A stretch of 64,000 bases of DNA from NCBI RefSeq assembly GCF_018977255.1, contig NW_024704742.1:24678001-24742000 (forward strand), written 5' to 3'. This document shows, piece by piece, positions 22,557 to 36,499 of the stretch. Below the pieces are notes generated by a model. That model was not told the DNA's origin. It worked only from the letters and a program-made list of their open reading frames with translations, and searched no databases. The number at the start of each line of letters is the position of its first letter. Position 1 is the first letter of the stretch. The position numbers were made by a program, and so were the translations under genes. This DNA comes from Callorhinchus milii (lineage: Eukaryota).

Positions 22557-23493
22557 CGAAAACAAAGCAACCATGCATCATTGAATGGAAAACCACGCCT
22601 ATAACTCACAGCCCATTGGCAACGATCAGAGAGCGACAGAAACCAAATAAAGACATAACATTGTTTAGTAAACAAAAGCTCATTCCGTTACATTAAACGT
22701 TGAAATAACCTCCTGAGTTTTATCCGGAGTTTGCAATTATATTTGTTTCCTTGATAAGGATTGATTTAATATGCACATTTGTTCAACTTTTAATGCACAG
22801 CTATAGTTGGTTTGTAAGTGTATGTGGTAAAATTCACCTTGAAATCCCTCCACTGGTTTAGTTTGTTGAGTTAACGGAAGCTGAGTGAGAAGAATCCCTG
22901 CTCTAGCATTTCAAGGTATTACGTGAACAACAAATTACATTGCTGGAAGGTCAAGGATGTGCACTTGAGCTGGGGTGGAGGGGAGGGAGGGGAGGAGTAG
23001 AAAGGTGACCGAAGGTATGGTTGAAGAGGAGGGGAGTGTGGGATGGAGTTCCAAATGTAAATGGCACTATAGCACTATATAAATGCAAGTTGTTATTGTT
23101 GATCTGTTCTTCTAAGTCTTGCTGATGAGCAGGCTGACAAGTCTGTCATTAACAGTATCTTGGATTACTGCAGACCTGCCTGGCTCAAGAACCAGAATAC
23201 CTAGACCAAATGGGTTCCCATATTCCATTGATAACTATGTCACCTTGGAGCCAGCTCAGCCTACCTCCTTACCAATATCCTGGTTGGATATTAGACATAT
23301 ATCAAGTGCAGGTTTGAGCCTGGACTTAGTGTTTCCTAGGTCAAGGAGGAAACAAAGAGAGACCAGTCAAAGTTAACAATGATTGCTATGATATATGGTG
23401 GTACTGTAGAATGATGATGGTGTGTTTATGTTGGATGCAGCCAACATCCAGCTTGGTTATGATACGCTTATTGTGAAATAGCAATTTTGTTTG

Positions 23494-23945
23494 GGTCAGC
23501 CAGGTGTCTGACAAACGCTGAAACCTATCCACATGCTTAAGAGTATCCAAACCAAACTGAGAATTCCATGCATCCCATTTACAGATGGAAATCCCAGAGA
23601 TAGATTGTTGGAATGGAATGCGCACTCTCTCCCTGGAGGGATGCTTCCTGCTCTCCTAATTTTAGCAAGTATTAGGTTCAGGTTGGCAAGAGCCAAGGCT
23701 TGGGAACTCCAGAGTGTGCGTTGGGGAATTGCTGGAATCTAACCAGCTAAAACTGGTTGAAATTGCTGTGTGGCAAGCTTTCCCACTGCTTGTCCAGCTA
23801 GAACCACCATACCCATGATGGCTTTAGCTTGCATGGTCAATAGGAGCTGAGTGTGATGACTCCCTGCCCCAGTAACTGGTCTGTCTTTCCAGTTCCTGCC
23901 AATGAGTCAGGCTGGCGGTGCTGTCATCAGCAATAACCAGGAGTA
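23494..23945 (-). repeat. Unclassified repeat, partial copy
   Basis: Reverse-complement match to about 16800-17253. A separate 5' fragment lies at about 23110-23290. Confidence 0.8.
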
Positions 23946-26900
23946 ATGCCGACCCATCAAACAGTTACTGGAACTTAGATTCCTGCATGTACAGCACAGC
24001 CACGTGTTTCTTACCATAGACAACTACTCTCAGGAGAGAGAGTGGGATAATTGGGTAAGGGTAGGTAGCTAATTGGAAAAATACATGGTTAAAACTACAA
24101 ATTGTTTGAGAGAAAAGAGAGGCAGTTTTTCCTCATTGATGTGCACTGAATGAATAGGTTCCCTTAGGTTTGAGCAAGTGGAGGGAGCAATTTGGAAGGA
24201 ATCCGATGGGAAAGGTGGACACAGTTATTTAGTCAGTTAGTTAGTTAGTTGGGCAAGGTGAAGGAAAGCACTGACAGATGGGCACAATCTTATTTTAGAG
24301 AAATCCAGGCCAAAACGTTCTGGGAAATTGATTTAATATTTGTAAAAAGAAATGGTTATTCAACCCGAACTCCATTTATTCTTGTTTGAAAAAGCCACCA
24401 TTTCTTGAAAAGTCCCACCACCCCACCTCACCAAAAGCGACTGTTAAATTGAAAGGGATTAATTTGCTCTGCAGCCTGTTACAATAAATAGCATGTTGTG
24501 AAGCAGAAATAAAGGGATAAACTGTATCTGCTGGAAATCTGAATTCAGAGCTGAAACATTAGCTACGCAATATTGATGCAGCAGTTATGTTAAGAGGTAA
24601 CAATTTAAAGTGGTGCTGGGAATGGGGCGATGCAGAGTCTTAGATCACAGTGTACCTATTCCTGGTCTCTAAAGTTCTTCAGGGAATGTCGTCTGCAGAT
24701 ATGCAAGCTAAGTGCATCCTACCTTACCTAGCATCCTCTACCGGTTTACTTTTTTAAAAGTTGTTTTAAAAAGCTAGGAATACGGCCAGCCCTCTAGGAA
24801 TGATGAAACGTTAAGGGTTTTCCAATTGACTGCTCAGCAACTTATAAACTTACATTTTGTTTAGTTTAAAAATTGGCGTAGAGTTGGCTGCAGTTGGACT
24901 GCAGTTCCACTACAGCATATGCGAAGCCAATTGATTTGAAACTCCCTCCCCAAGAACCATGCTTCCCTGTATTGAGCGTGTGGCTCCCAAATTGAAGTTA
25001 TACAGTACAGTATTACAGAGTACAGTATTACAGAGTGTTCAGGGGTTGAGGCAGAAGCCAAATTGAATTGGAACAAGCTCAATGATACCACTAGTTCAAA
25101 AATGATCTAACATCAGCTCAGGTGATTTCCTGCGTAACGTTTGGTGGAAATTCCATTTGGATAGAGATTTCCACAAATTTCTTTATTTGTATGGTTATTT
25201 CAATTTTCACAATTTGCCCAGAAAATATACAGACAATTTACTTTACAGTATATTCTGTGAAGCGCTTTGAGAGGTCTCAACGGCGTGATAAGACATTATA
25301 TCAAATGCAACGATTATTATTATTATTTACTCTAAATTTCATAGCATTTAAGAGCGTCCAGAATTTGACAAATTCTTAAATACAGCCAGAATTTTGAAAT
25401 CTTTTAAGAACTGATTCTAAGGAACGCACTCCCAACAATGCAGCACACTCCCAGCATTGAACCAGAATATCAGTCAATATAGACCATGGGGCTTGAAGGC
25501 TTTATAGGCAAAAGTGATCCTACACATTTCTGGGTGACTGCTATTCTCTACAGGAGAACTGATTTGTTTATCCCTTACATAAACTGCAATTATGCAACAC
25601 GACTATAAAATTTCTGCAATTTTACTTGTGGACTGCAGATAAGGTACCATTTGCCAAGTGTTCTTTTCTCAATAACAAGCAAAAAAAAAGCACTGACTAT
25701 AAGACCATGAAATGCTATTGCACTGACTAATAAAACAGAAATAATTCCTGAAAATTAGGTAAGTGGGGAAATATTATTGCCAGACAAGATAAAAAATCAA
25801 TGACATCTGGGTCTTTAGTTGCTACTTTTAAATGGAATAAAAGATCCACAGTTTTATAGAAATTCTATCCAACTGGCTCTCGGTTGTCTCTGGAATAAAC
25901 AAGAAATTGGTTTTCATATTTTGAATTGTTATATTGTACTTAAATATGTTTCTGGAGGTTCTAAATAGGTTAGGAGGCAATAGCACAGCCATTAGCAATA
26001 TATACATCACAAGAAGGCACAAAACTTTGGAATCGTACCCCCAATGTCCCTGATCCTGTGTATTGTATTACCTATTGATCAAAACGAGACCTAGAAAAAG
26101 TTGAGATGCCCATTTGGTTTAAATCTCAAATCATGACTTTAAACAAATTGTTACAAGTAGCTTGCTCAGGTTCATTTTGTTATCGTATTTGCACATAAGC
26201 GAAGTTCTCTGTCTCATCAGACAAATTGTTAGTAACTCCTACCACTTTGGCTCCTATCTCAGTTTAAGTAAGTAATTAATGCAAATGAATCAATGTTAAA
26301 CCGATTACTTTTCTCTCACCCTATGATATTGCTATTATTACCCGCTATAAGAGCTTGCATGCCAACATATCACATTTCCCCTATGTGCTTGTCTCATTGC
26401 TGTTTAATTATTGTTTTGGTAGCTTTAGAGGGCTGATTATCTTTGTTTTTCTTCCAAGATTCTAAGTGCTGAAAACCAACAGTCTGTGAACTCAGTCTGG
26501 TTTCTACATTGACTGACAGGCAAGTGACAGGACCAGTTTATTTGTACAAAAGTAAATTAACTTAGATGATCCTGTTTCCCTTGGGTGGCTCCGAGTTGAT
26601 GCCTAATCTGCATTTTACAATCCTGAACCTCATTCCCACTGGCATTTCACACTCACATGCTGGCTCACTCCAGCACCATTATTAACCCAGCACGTGTTTA
26701 AGCGGGCAAATATTGAATGTTTCACGCTTAATTTGGAATGAAATTAATGAGAACTTTATAGTCTTTAGCACACCTTTCCCACATGGTACCTTTTGTGAAG
26801 AGAGTTTTAGGATAAGCCCTTTCTGGTACAGAGAGCTTAAAAATATGATGGGCAGCCTCTGTAGGATGCGTTACGGAGATAGAGGTTTGGGAACCTTTTT

Positions 26901-27317
26901 TTTGGACAAAGTTCAAAATTCAAGTCTTTGTGATGCAGATTTATTTCCAGTACAATATTTCTTCCCACTCATAGCTGAACGGGGTTATCTTTGATGATAT
27001 AGAAGCTGGAATATTTTCCTCACAGTAGGAGGCCAGCAATATAAGTAATAGCCCAGATGTCACAAACCCTTAGCGATTGGCACACAAATCTTTCCCGATC
27101 GGTGTTTGTTATACTGTACGATAGGAGAAAAATACATTTTGTTGTCTTTACCTAAGAATGTCAACCCACCACTATATATATTAATAATCCTTGCATTTGA
27201 TATAGCACCTCATCATACCATTGAAAGGTCTCAAAGTGCTTTGCAAGATTTTACTGTGAAGTGTGTATTATAGGCAAACGTGACAGCCAATTTGCGCACA
27301 GTAATGTCCCACAGCTA

Positions 27318-27626
27318 TAATAATAATCCTTGCATTTGATATAGCGCTTTTCACGTCTTCTCGACGTCTCAAAGCGCTTCACAGAAGACTGTAAAGTGAA
27401 ATGATTGTATATTTGTGGGAGAAACGCGGCAGCCAATTGCACACAGCAGTGCCCCACAAAGAGTCGTGGATTGAAAATGACCAATTTATTATTGTTTTGT
27501 TTTGGAGAGATTATTATTAGGCGTGTGGAGCAAGGAAACTTGCCCAAGGTTTTGCCCTGTCTGGAATTGAACCCAGGTGTCTCGCTTGCAAGGCGAGTAC
27601 TCTTAACCACTGAGCTACAGGGCTCC
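27318..27626 (-). mobile_element. SINE, same family, adjacent to an older tail fragment at 27181-27315
   Basis: tRNA head and (AAT)n tail. Confidence 0.9.
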
Positions 27627-29051
27627 AAAGTGATGCAAAGTCAACCAGCTTCATTCTGGGACAATGAAACGTGATTACCTTTGGCCTATTGCAGTGTTTT
27701 CACCTTCTCCTCCAGAACAGTGATTTCCTTGTTCTTTGAGCTGATCTCTATGAAGTGAATGACCGATTTTATTCTAATTTCAGGTATTCATATTGCAACA
27801 ACAACAAAATTACATTTGTATTGCAGTGTTCTGATGAAGAGTCGTACTCCAAACATTGTCTGATTTTTCTTTTTCAGATGCTGATTCCCTAGATGTACAT
27901 TCACAAAGATCATTCATTGTCTTTGCCGTAAGACTATCAACTTAACATGTAAAATTGTGCAGAAATTTTGAAGTTTTTAAAAATCAGTCTTAATTTTTAA
28001 GATTTTTTCCACAAATTCTGCGCATCTTACATGTTAAGACAATGGTCTTGAGGTTAAGACTGTCTTAAGGCTAACCCTAAGAGAAATTTGGGGTCTCCAG
28101 TTTTATATTAACAGGTTATGGTGTCTGTTTATACTTTAACCCAATGGTAAAGAATGTGCAAGGTCTTGTTGATAAAACTCTTGGCTAGTCAAACAGCAAC
28201 AAAAGTGGGCTTCGTAAAACCATCAAGCCCCCATTATGACATTCATTGATAAAGGATGTGTGTCTTTTGTTGTTTTAGTGTCTTAAATGGCACCCAGTGA
28301 CAGTAAATTGGACTTTCATTTGCAGGCTCATGTTGTTTACATTAGGTTAGCAATTATTCAACCAGACATCTGATTCCTGGGACGTCTAAAGTTTCTGTTT
28401 TTCCATCATCTAGAAGACATATTTGTAGCTTTTTCTTGAAAATAATCTTAATTTTCTTAAACAGTTTCTACTTATCCTACTGTATTCTTTAAAGAGCTGT
28501 AATCCAGCCCAACCCTTCCAGGATGATAAAGAGTAACACTCAAACATTAACCCAGCTTTCACTTTCAGATGCTGTTTGACCTGCTGTGCATTTCCAGCAC
28601 TTTCTGTTTTCAGTTCTACTTTCCAGGATCCAACTCAAAGATTTTATTTGTAGTAAGTGATTGAAATTAATCTTTCAAAAGATGAAATGGTATGGAAAAT
28701 ATGGGTCAACTTGATCTAATAGATACAATAGATGCTTTTATCGAACCATTTTTTAAAAAACATTTTCATTCTGGAACAATGTCGTCTTGTTTTGCAATTT
28801 TATTCTGGGAGTACACCGTGTGCTTGTGTTATTTGTGCTTTTTTTAACACTGAGGTGTCACCCAGGCATCACACTGGCTCAGTTCATTGCATTCTTGTCT
28901 CTAATTCAGATGGTTGTGGGTTTAAGCTGCATACACAGTCTTTCCTGACACACCAATCCCATCTGCCTGCTCAGGTGGATAGCTGAGATCTCATAGCACT
29001 GTTTATAAAGAGAAAGGAGTTTCTTCTGGTGTGCTGGCCCACAAATATAAC

Positions 29052-29346
29052 GTTGGGCAAGTTTCCTTACTTCACATGACTCTGTTTACCCAGCAGTAAG
29101 TAGGAACCCAGTGTTAGTTAATTGGTGGATCGCTTTTCTGGAGGGTAATAATCCCTTACATTTTTTTAAAAAAATTGGTCACTTCAATCCACTACTGTTT
29201 GTGGGACACTGCTGTGTGCAATTGTCTACCGCATTTTGCCCACACAATATAGTCAATTCACCTTACAGTATATTCTGTGAAGCGCTTTGAGAAATCTCGA
29301 TGATGTGATAAGCGCTATATCAAATGCAAGGATAATTATTGTTATT
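29052..29346 (+). mobile_element. Older long-form SINE, 5'-truncated
   Basis: Central block ctctgtttacccagcagtaagtaggaacc plus Deu-type tail. Confidence 0.85.
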
Positions 29347-31286
29347 AAAATACACAGTCAATATACTTTGCAGTAAAATTCTGAGAAGCACTTTGAGACA
29401 TTTTGACGATGTGGTCAAGTGCTACTTCAAATACAAGGACTATAAAGGCATGACTTATTCTAGCTGCTGCCTGGATCCTGCGTGAAGAACAGGGCCGTGT
29501 GATGAGAAATGATTGTGCAGGACTCATCTCTAACCACTCCATTAGTTGTACCGATGTGACTACGCAAGCTGTTGATCTGCATAATTCAGGGTCAAATCAA
29601 TCCGATATAACATCTGTGGAAGAGACCAGGAATTTACAAAGTGTTTTTCTATCACCATTTTTGTATGTAGCTCTTTTTTTTTTGCATGTGGATACAAGCA
29701 CCACATACTCTTTCTCGATATTAGAACGAACATTGGGAAAAGTCAGAAAGATGGATTTCACTGCCCTGTTAGCATGAATATTTGGTCATGCCTTTTGATT
29801 CTTTTTATTGTCCAGTCACAGGCGGAATGTAAAGTGGCCATAGAAATGTCTCGCCCCAGCTATGTTGAATTATATTGCTATTGTAAAAGAATGAAACAAA
29901 TTGTGAAGAGAAATGGTTAGACTTGTGTGCACAAACTGGCACTTAAACATTTATTATCTAAGGCTATTGTCGGCACCAGCCAAGGTGGGATATGAGTAAA
30001 GTGGCACAATGACCACATTGGGTATACTTCTTTCACTCTACGCAGATATGCGGTATGCGATATCTTTCAAGATAATTTATAAACCTTTCGTCCTCTCTAA
30101 TCCCCGTTGTGAATCATTTTTATACAGTGCACAAATCTTGTCATTTTCTTCAAAAGTTCAAAAGTCATTTCAGACATCTGTACTGGGACTTGGCTAAAGG
30201 CTAATGATTGATATCAGATGGCTTTACTGTTCAAAGACTTGCAGCCAGCAGATAAACTGGCCAGGTAAAGAAAGCATTCCCTGGCAATCCTGTGAACACT
30301 GGCAGCCTTTCTATTGATTTCTGATTGCAAGTTTGACAGCGATGTGAAAACACGGCCCATATGTCATCCCTATAGAAAACATTTTCTGGTGCTTTAATTT
30401 ACTTATAAAGATCTTAGATGTACCTTAACAGCATTGGTATGGTGACATATACACAAGGAAGGTAACAATAATGCTGATGGATGTTGCAGTTGGGAGGCCA
30501 GGAGTTGAGGTGAAACAGTCACTGCACAAAGTTCTGATGAATGATCACAGATAATGTTGTCAGACAGTGAGATTAACAGATAACAGAGCACAACTTAGAG
30601 GTTACTGCTTCTTCCTTTCCTTAGATACATTTCCACTCAACATGAGCACCCCCCATGAAAGTGCAGAGCCACTCTATATACCATAATTTCCAATAATAAT
30701 AATAATAAATAATAATATGACCCATTTTAGTGCTCATAAATAAGATTTGACATCTTCAAAGGAACTTTATTATGGGTAAGCAGTGGTCTGAGTAGTTTAT
30801 CAAAAAAAATTCCATTAGCAATATATATTTATTATTTTTTTATTGAAAAAAGTGAAATTGTTGCCAGCCAATAATATTTTGACTACAGGAGGGAGAGAAA
30901 TGCATTGCTGATTCTTCAAGCAACACATAAAACTAGAGTTCACATATGAGGCCAATATAAGGAAACATCTCCTGTGAGTTTCCTACACTCCATTTTTGTG
31001 ACTGTTGTAATCAACTGATCATTTGTTCCACTGGGGTAATGATAGCTGTTTTTTACGTGCTGAATTCCTCCTAGTACCAAAACTGCGCTTGTCTAACCAC
31101 GTGCTTTGCTATTTGTAGCCTCACAAACAGGCAAACCAGTTAAAGGACACATCAGCTACAATCCCTTAGCAATGCTGGTCAAAAGATCATGAGAGAGGTT
31201 TGGATGAAGAAGGCCCTTCAGCCCATTTGATCTTATCCTTTGAGAATGCCCATCCTACCATTCTCCCATTATAACATTAAGCTGTT

Positions 31287-31589
31287 ATAATAATAATCCT
31301 TGCATTTGATATAGCGCTTTTCACGTCGGGAGGACGTCCCAAAGCGCTTCACAGAACACACTGTAAAGTGAATTGACTGTATATTTGTGGGCGAACGCGG
31401 CAGCCAATTGCGCACAAACAGTCGTAGATTGAAAATGACCAATTTATTATTGTTTTTGGTTTTGGAGGGATTATCATTAGGCTCTGTTTGGAGTAAGGAA
31501 ACTTGCCCAAGGTTTCGCCCTCTGCCTGGAATTGAACTCAGGTCTCTCGCTTGCAAAGCGAGTGCTCTAACCGCTGAGCTACAGGACTC
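31287..31589 (-). mobile_element. Young SINE nested in an old CR1 3' fragment (about 31190-31800)
   Basis: Family match. Flanks resemble a CR1 3' end (ggcccttcagccca...accctctatgtaaataaata). Confidence 0.88.
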
Positions 31590-33371
31590 TGTTGCTTAAT
31601 GAATCCAGCATCCTAGTCTCAACCACCCTTCCTGATAGCTCATTTCAGCCATTAACTACCCTCTATGTAAATAAATATTTCTTGGTGTCTGTCTTGAAAT
31701 TGCACTTCATAACCTTGTGTCCTCTTGTTTTGCTACGTTGCTGTAATTGAAGGTATTGTTCTGTCTTTACTTTTCCATCCCAACTACACAGCCTCTAGGG
31801 TCTAAAACATAGCGATGTCTTAATAAGGAATCACGTGGGGAATCCTTTGGGTAAATGGATCTATTTCATGCTAACCTGCGAGAACTCCCTTTCGAAGATA
31901 GATTATGTCAAGCGAGTTCCCACATGTACTGTTCAGCTAATGTTTCAGCTCTGACTTCAGATTTCCAGCAGATATGGGGTATTTCTTTATCTCTGCTACA
32001 CAACATGCTATTGTAGCAGGCTGCAGAGAAAATCAATTTCTTAATCTTGGATCCAGTCCATTGTAAAGTCATGCAGATTAGAGGATATGAGAACACAATA
32101 TCAGAACCCACCCTTTATAGCAGCAAAGAGATGTGATTTTCCTGCCAGTCCTCTACAAATTATGACTGGAACAGCACCACAGGAGGTGCTGAAGCCAGAC
32201 ATGTATTTTTATGCCAGAATCATTGGAACCTCTGCAAGAATGTCCCAAGAATTGTAGTTAACCCAAAATGTCTGCACAGAATATGAGCAGTGAGGTTTCA
32301 TCAGCGTTGTCTTCCAGCTGGCATTCTCACTTGGCAATCCAAAGTCTTTGTGCATCTGTCTTAAAATTTAAGATTGTGCCAAATTTTAGAAAACTCTAAA
32401 AATTAATTATAATCCTTACATCTGGCACAGTGACTTTCATGTCGGGAAGATGTCCCAAAACATTTAATTTGGAATCTTTTAGGAATTGTTTCAATAATAA
32501 CAATGCATATAATCCTTGCATTTGGTATAGCACCTCATCCAATAGCTCCAGTGCAACCCAATATCAGGCATCAATGGAATAAGCCTTCATTGCACAAAGT
32601 CTCATTGCAGCAAAGCTTGACAAAGTTTAACTTTGTCAAGTTCAACTCCATTACTAGTTAATTGTTACCTCAAGTTTTTTTTAAATTGTTTCAAGAAGTT
32701 ATGCTATTCTGCTAAAAAAATTAGCATTTTAATGAGGAAGATCACAACAGGAACCACAAGATAATAGAGGAAAAGAATACACAAACTAATGGAATTTCAG
32801 AGTAGTGCTCTGATCTGCAAAGAGTGACTCTGAAACAGAGCTAAAGAGATTGATTTTCCGCATGCTACATACAGCACAATAGGAGGGCTGACATTCTAGT
32901 GTATGGTTAGCTGTGCTGAAAATTGTATGGTCACCTTCTCTTCCACCCAATTTGAAAAGTGTAGGTTTTGGGAAACTCATGGCAAATTGTTTAAATAGGC
33001 AAGGTTAGTTGTAAAGTATAATATTAGACATTAAAGGAAAACAAGTAAAGTTTTTCAATCTAATTTGCAACATAATCAACATAATCCATAGAAATGTATG
33101 CATGACACAGTAGGAGCCCATCAGCCCATTTTTGCATGTCACTGTTTGCATTTGGTATAGCACCTGTTTGCTTCTCTAAGAAGCAATCCTTCCTAACACC
33201 AATTCTCTTTCAACTCCAATGCTCTTTCATTCTTTCTTTTGTACGTTTGTATAATTCTCTTTTAATACCCAAATTAGATTGAAACATTTCACATTGTTTT
33301 TCCTTTAACACCTAATATTCTGCATTACAAACAACCCTTGCCAATTTAAATCATTTGCCTCTTTTTGTTGG

Positions 33372-33978
33372 TTGGTCAGCTGGGTATCTGACACATGCAG
33401 AAACCCATCACTATGCTTAAGTGTATCCAAACCAAACTGAGAATTCCACATATCCCACCTACAGATGGAAATTCCAGAGATAAATTGTTTGAATGGACTG
33501 TGCATCGCGGGATACATCCTGCTTACCTAATTCTGGAAAGTATTAGGTGCAGGTTAGCAAGAGCCAAGGCTCGGGGACCCCAGAATTTGCACTGGGATAT
33601 TATTGGAGTGCAGGTAGACAAAAAACACATAGTTTGCCATTAATATCATTGTCTGGTAAATTTTCCCCCTGCTTGTCCAGCTAGGACCACCTTATCCATT
33701 GGGACTGTGGCTTGCAGGGTTAACAGGAGCTGAGTAGGAGGATTCTCTGACCCCAGTGACTGTTCTGCCCTTCCGTGTCCTGTCGATGATCCAGGCTGGC
33801 CGTGTGGTCATCCAGTGTTCTGGAATAATGTGGACTGGCCTGGTTCAGGAATTGGACTAAACGAGACTGCCACAAAAGGTTGGCTCGATTCCGACAATCT
33901 GTTGCCAAAGACGTCAGTCATTTCAGCTCCATGGAGACCCTGTTTACCACCCCCCCATCACCACCCCCAGAGGATAGG
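33372..33978 (-). repeat. Unclassified ~610-bp repeat, second near-full copy
   Basis: Shares both ends with 16641-17253. Confidence 0.85.
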
Positions 33979-36499
33979 TACTCTTTTGCCATAAATTTCC
34001 CAAAACCTACACTTTTCAAACTGGGGAGAAGAGGAGGTGAGCATTTTCCAGCATAGCTGACCCCATAGTAGAATGTCAGTCTTCCTATAGTAGCATTTAC
34101 AACATCAACGTCAAATGTCTATTTGACTTTGCTCCAACAGCCACCCTGGCAAATCATTCCATACTCTGGCAACCTCTGGGAGTCGTTCTTCCAAACCTCT
34201 CCTTTAACTCCCCTAGTCACAATCTTGGATTGATGCCTTATTGCTCTCAACAGAATAAGGTTGCAGCAGTATGATCATGATGGGCTGAATGACAATCTTC
34301 TGTGCAGAATTATTTTTTATGTTATGTTCATTTTTAATTCAACGTGTCAGCCAAGATCAGTTGGCAGCATTCTCGTCTCTGATTCAGATCCACATTGGGG
34401 AATGCAGTCAAAGGTAGGTCTTCAGATGGACCTTGAATGAGGTGAGGGAGGGAACAAATCAGAGAGATTCTGGATAGAATACCAGAGAGTGGAACAGAAG
34501 GACTGAACAGGTTGGATAGTCTTTAACTCTAACCTGAAACAAACGACACTATATTACAATGATGACACTATTTGTTATTGTAATGTTAATCCTTAGCTAC
34601 AAAACACTTATAAACATAATTTTAAGTTTTTGAGCTCATAGTCCAGGCCTGCACTCCAGTGCAGTACTGGGGAGTGCTGCATTTGCAGAAGTGCCATCCT
34701 TCGCATGAGACATCCTGTTCACATGCTATTCCCACAGTACTATTTGAAAGAGAGAAAAAAGAGAAAGGATTTTCACCCAATATCCTGGCCAACAATCCCC
34801 CAAATAAAATTAGTCACTCACCTCATTGCTGTTTGTGAGGCATTGCTGCATACAAATTGCCTGTCACATTCACCTACAAAAGTCACTACACATTACAGTG
34901 AATTTTATAAAGCATTTTGAGATGTCTTCCCTATGTGATGACGTGCTATGTCAAATCCAAGGATGATTATTATATTTCTAAAACATACAAAATATAGTAA
35001 GCATGTAGTAAGATGAAAGCTCAGGACTTGCCCCAAAGCAGAACTAAGCAATACTAGCCGTCAGGAGAAAAATGATGTGAGAAGAACATACAGTATTGGA
35101 TATTTCCGATCTTCAGAAGTGCTCAGAAATTTCAGTGGAGACAGCACCCAAAGAGCTGTGTATGTTTGAATTTTTTGTCAATTTACTCAATCACTCAAGC
35201 CACACTGCAACACATCTAGGCAATGTTAATGGAATCAGGAATGGCTTAACTCATGGTACTGGGTCTAGACTGCCTACAAGGTGTCATGGTTGCTTTTATA
35301 GCACTGAAATGTCTTACTTTTCAACCAGGCATCTGAAAAATGACACTGCATCCTAGATGTGAGTTTTTTTTCCCTTTTGAATGAATAGTGTGATTATAGC
35401 ATGATGAACAAAGAAAACATCCATAGAGTTGTAAAGTTATTTGTCAGTATTTTATCCTTAAATTACAGTACAAATACAAATGTAAAGTCCAATACAAATT
35501 TACATTTATATAGCACCTTTAACATTGGAAGGATGTCTTGTAAGGTTTTAAGAATACTGGCTTGGCACCTGAGCAGGGCATGGGAGTGGAGGGGAGGGTT
35601 GGGAAGGGGCAAGATGACAAAAAGTGCTGACAAAAAGGTAAGTCTTGAGACAGAACTTGAACAAGGTGTGTGAGGGAACCAGTTGAAGGGTCTCTGGGAT
35701 GAAATTCTGGGGAGTGGAGCAGAAAGACGGAACAAGTTGGAGAGTCTCTAACTTTTCAGCTCACATAATATAATGCCGAAACAAACACCAGTATTACAAT
35801 GATGAGACTATCCAGTATCAGGAGTTATTGTTATTGTAATGTTAATCCTTAATTACAAAAATAAGCACTTGAAATCACGATTTTAAGTTTTTCTTCATTT
35901 TGTTTCTGATACTGAGGTGCAAGTCTTAATACAAGTGGGGTAAATAATATTCGGTTTTGTTGAGAATGTTTGAAGTATGTGAAAATAGTCAACAGAATTA
36001 CACATGAAACACAACACTACAAACTGGGAGAAGCCAGATGGGCTGCTTTGATCTTTTCCAGTCCTGTACATTCCTATGTTCCTAATAGCTTCAATATCAA
36101 GTGTGCCACCTCTGTGGTAATTTTATTCTGTGAACTCATACCCAGTAAGCACTGAGCCTACACATGCTAAAACGGAATTCATTAGATACTGAAACTTGTT
36201 TAAACTCAATTCATTGTGTACTCCCCATTGTGTAATTGGGGACTTCATTTTTTTCCTCTTAAGCAAACGTTTAACTTGCCAAAAATAAACTAAACAGATT
36301 AAGAGAAAATACAACCTTAGCAAGCAGAGAAAGTAAACAAAATGACGGCAGTAGGACATTGGATATGAGGAGGTAGAGGAAAAAAATAAGTAGCAAAAGA
36401 TGATATAAAGGGTGTCGATATCAGTAGCCTCTGTTTTAATAGCTGGAAGGCTTAATCTCGTGAAAGGATATTAATGTCTCAATTACACGTGATGGGAAT

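Noticed and set aside
26279..26286. Octamer ATGCAAAT as evidence of an enhancer
   Set aside because: A single 8-mer is expected by chance in 64 kb of AT-rich DNA; another occurs near 58605.
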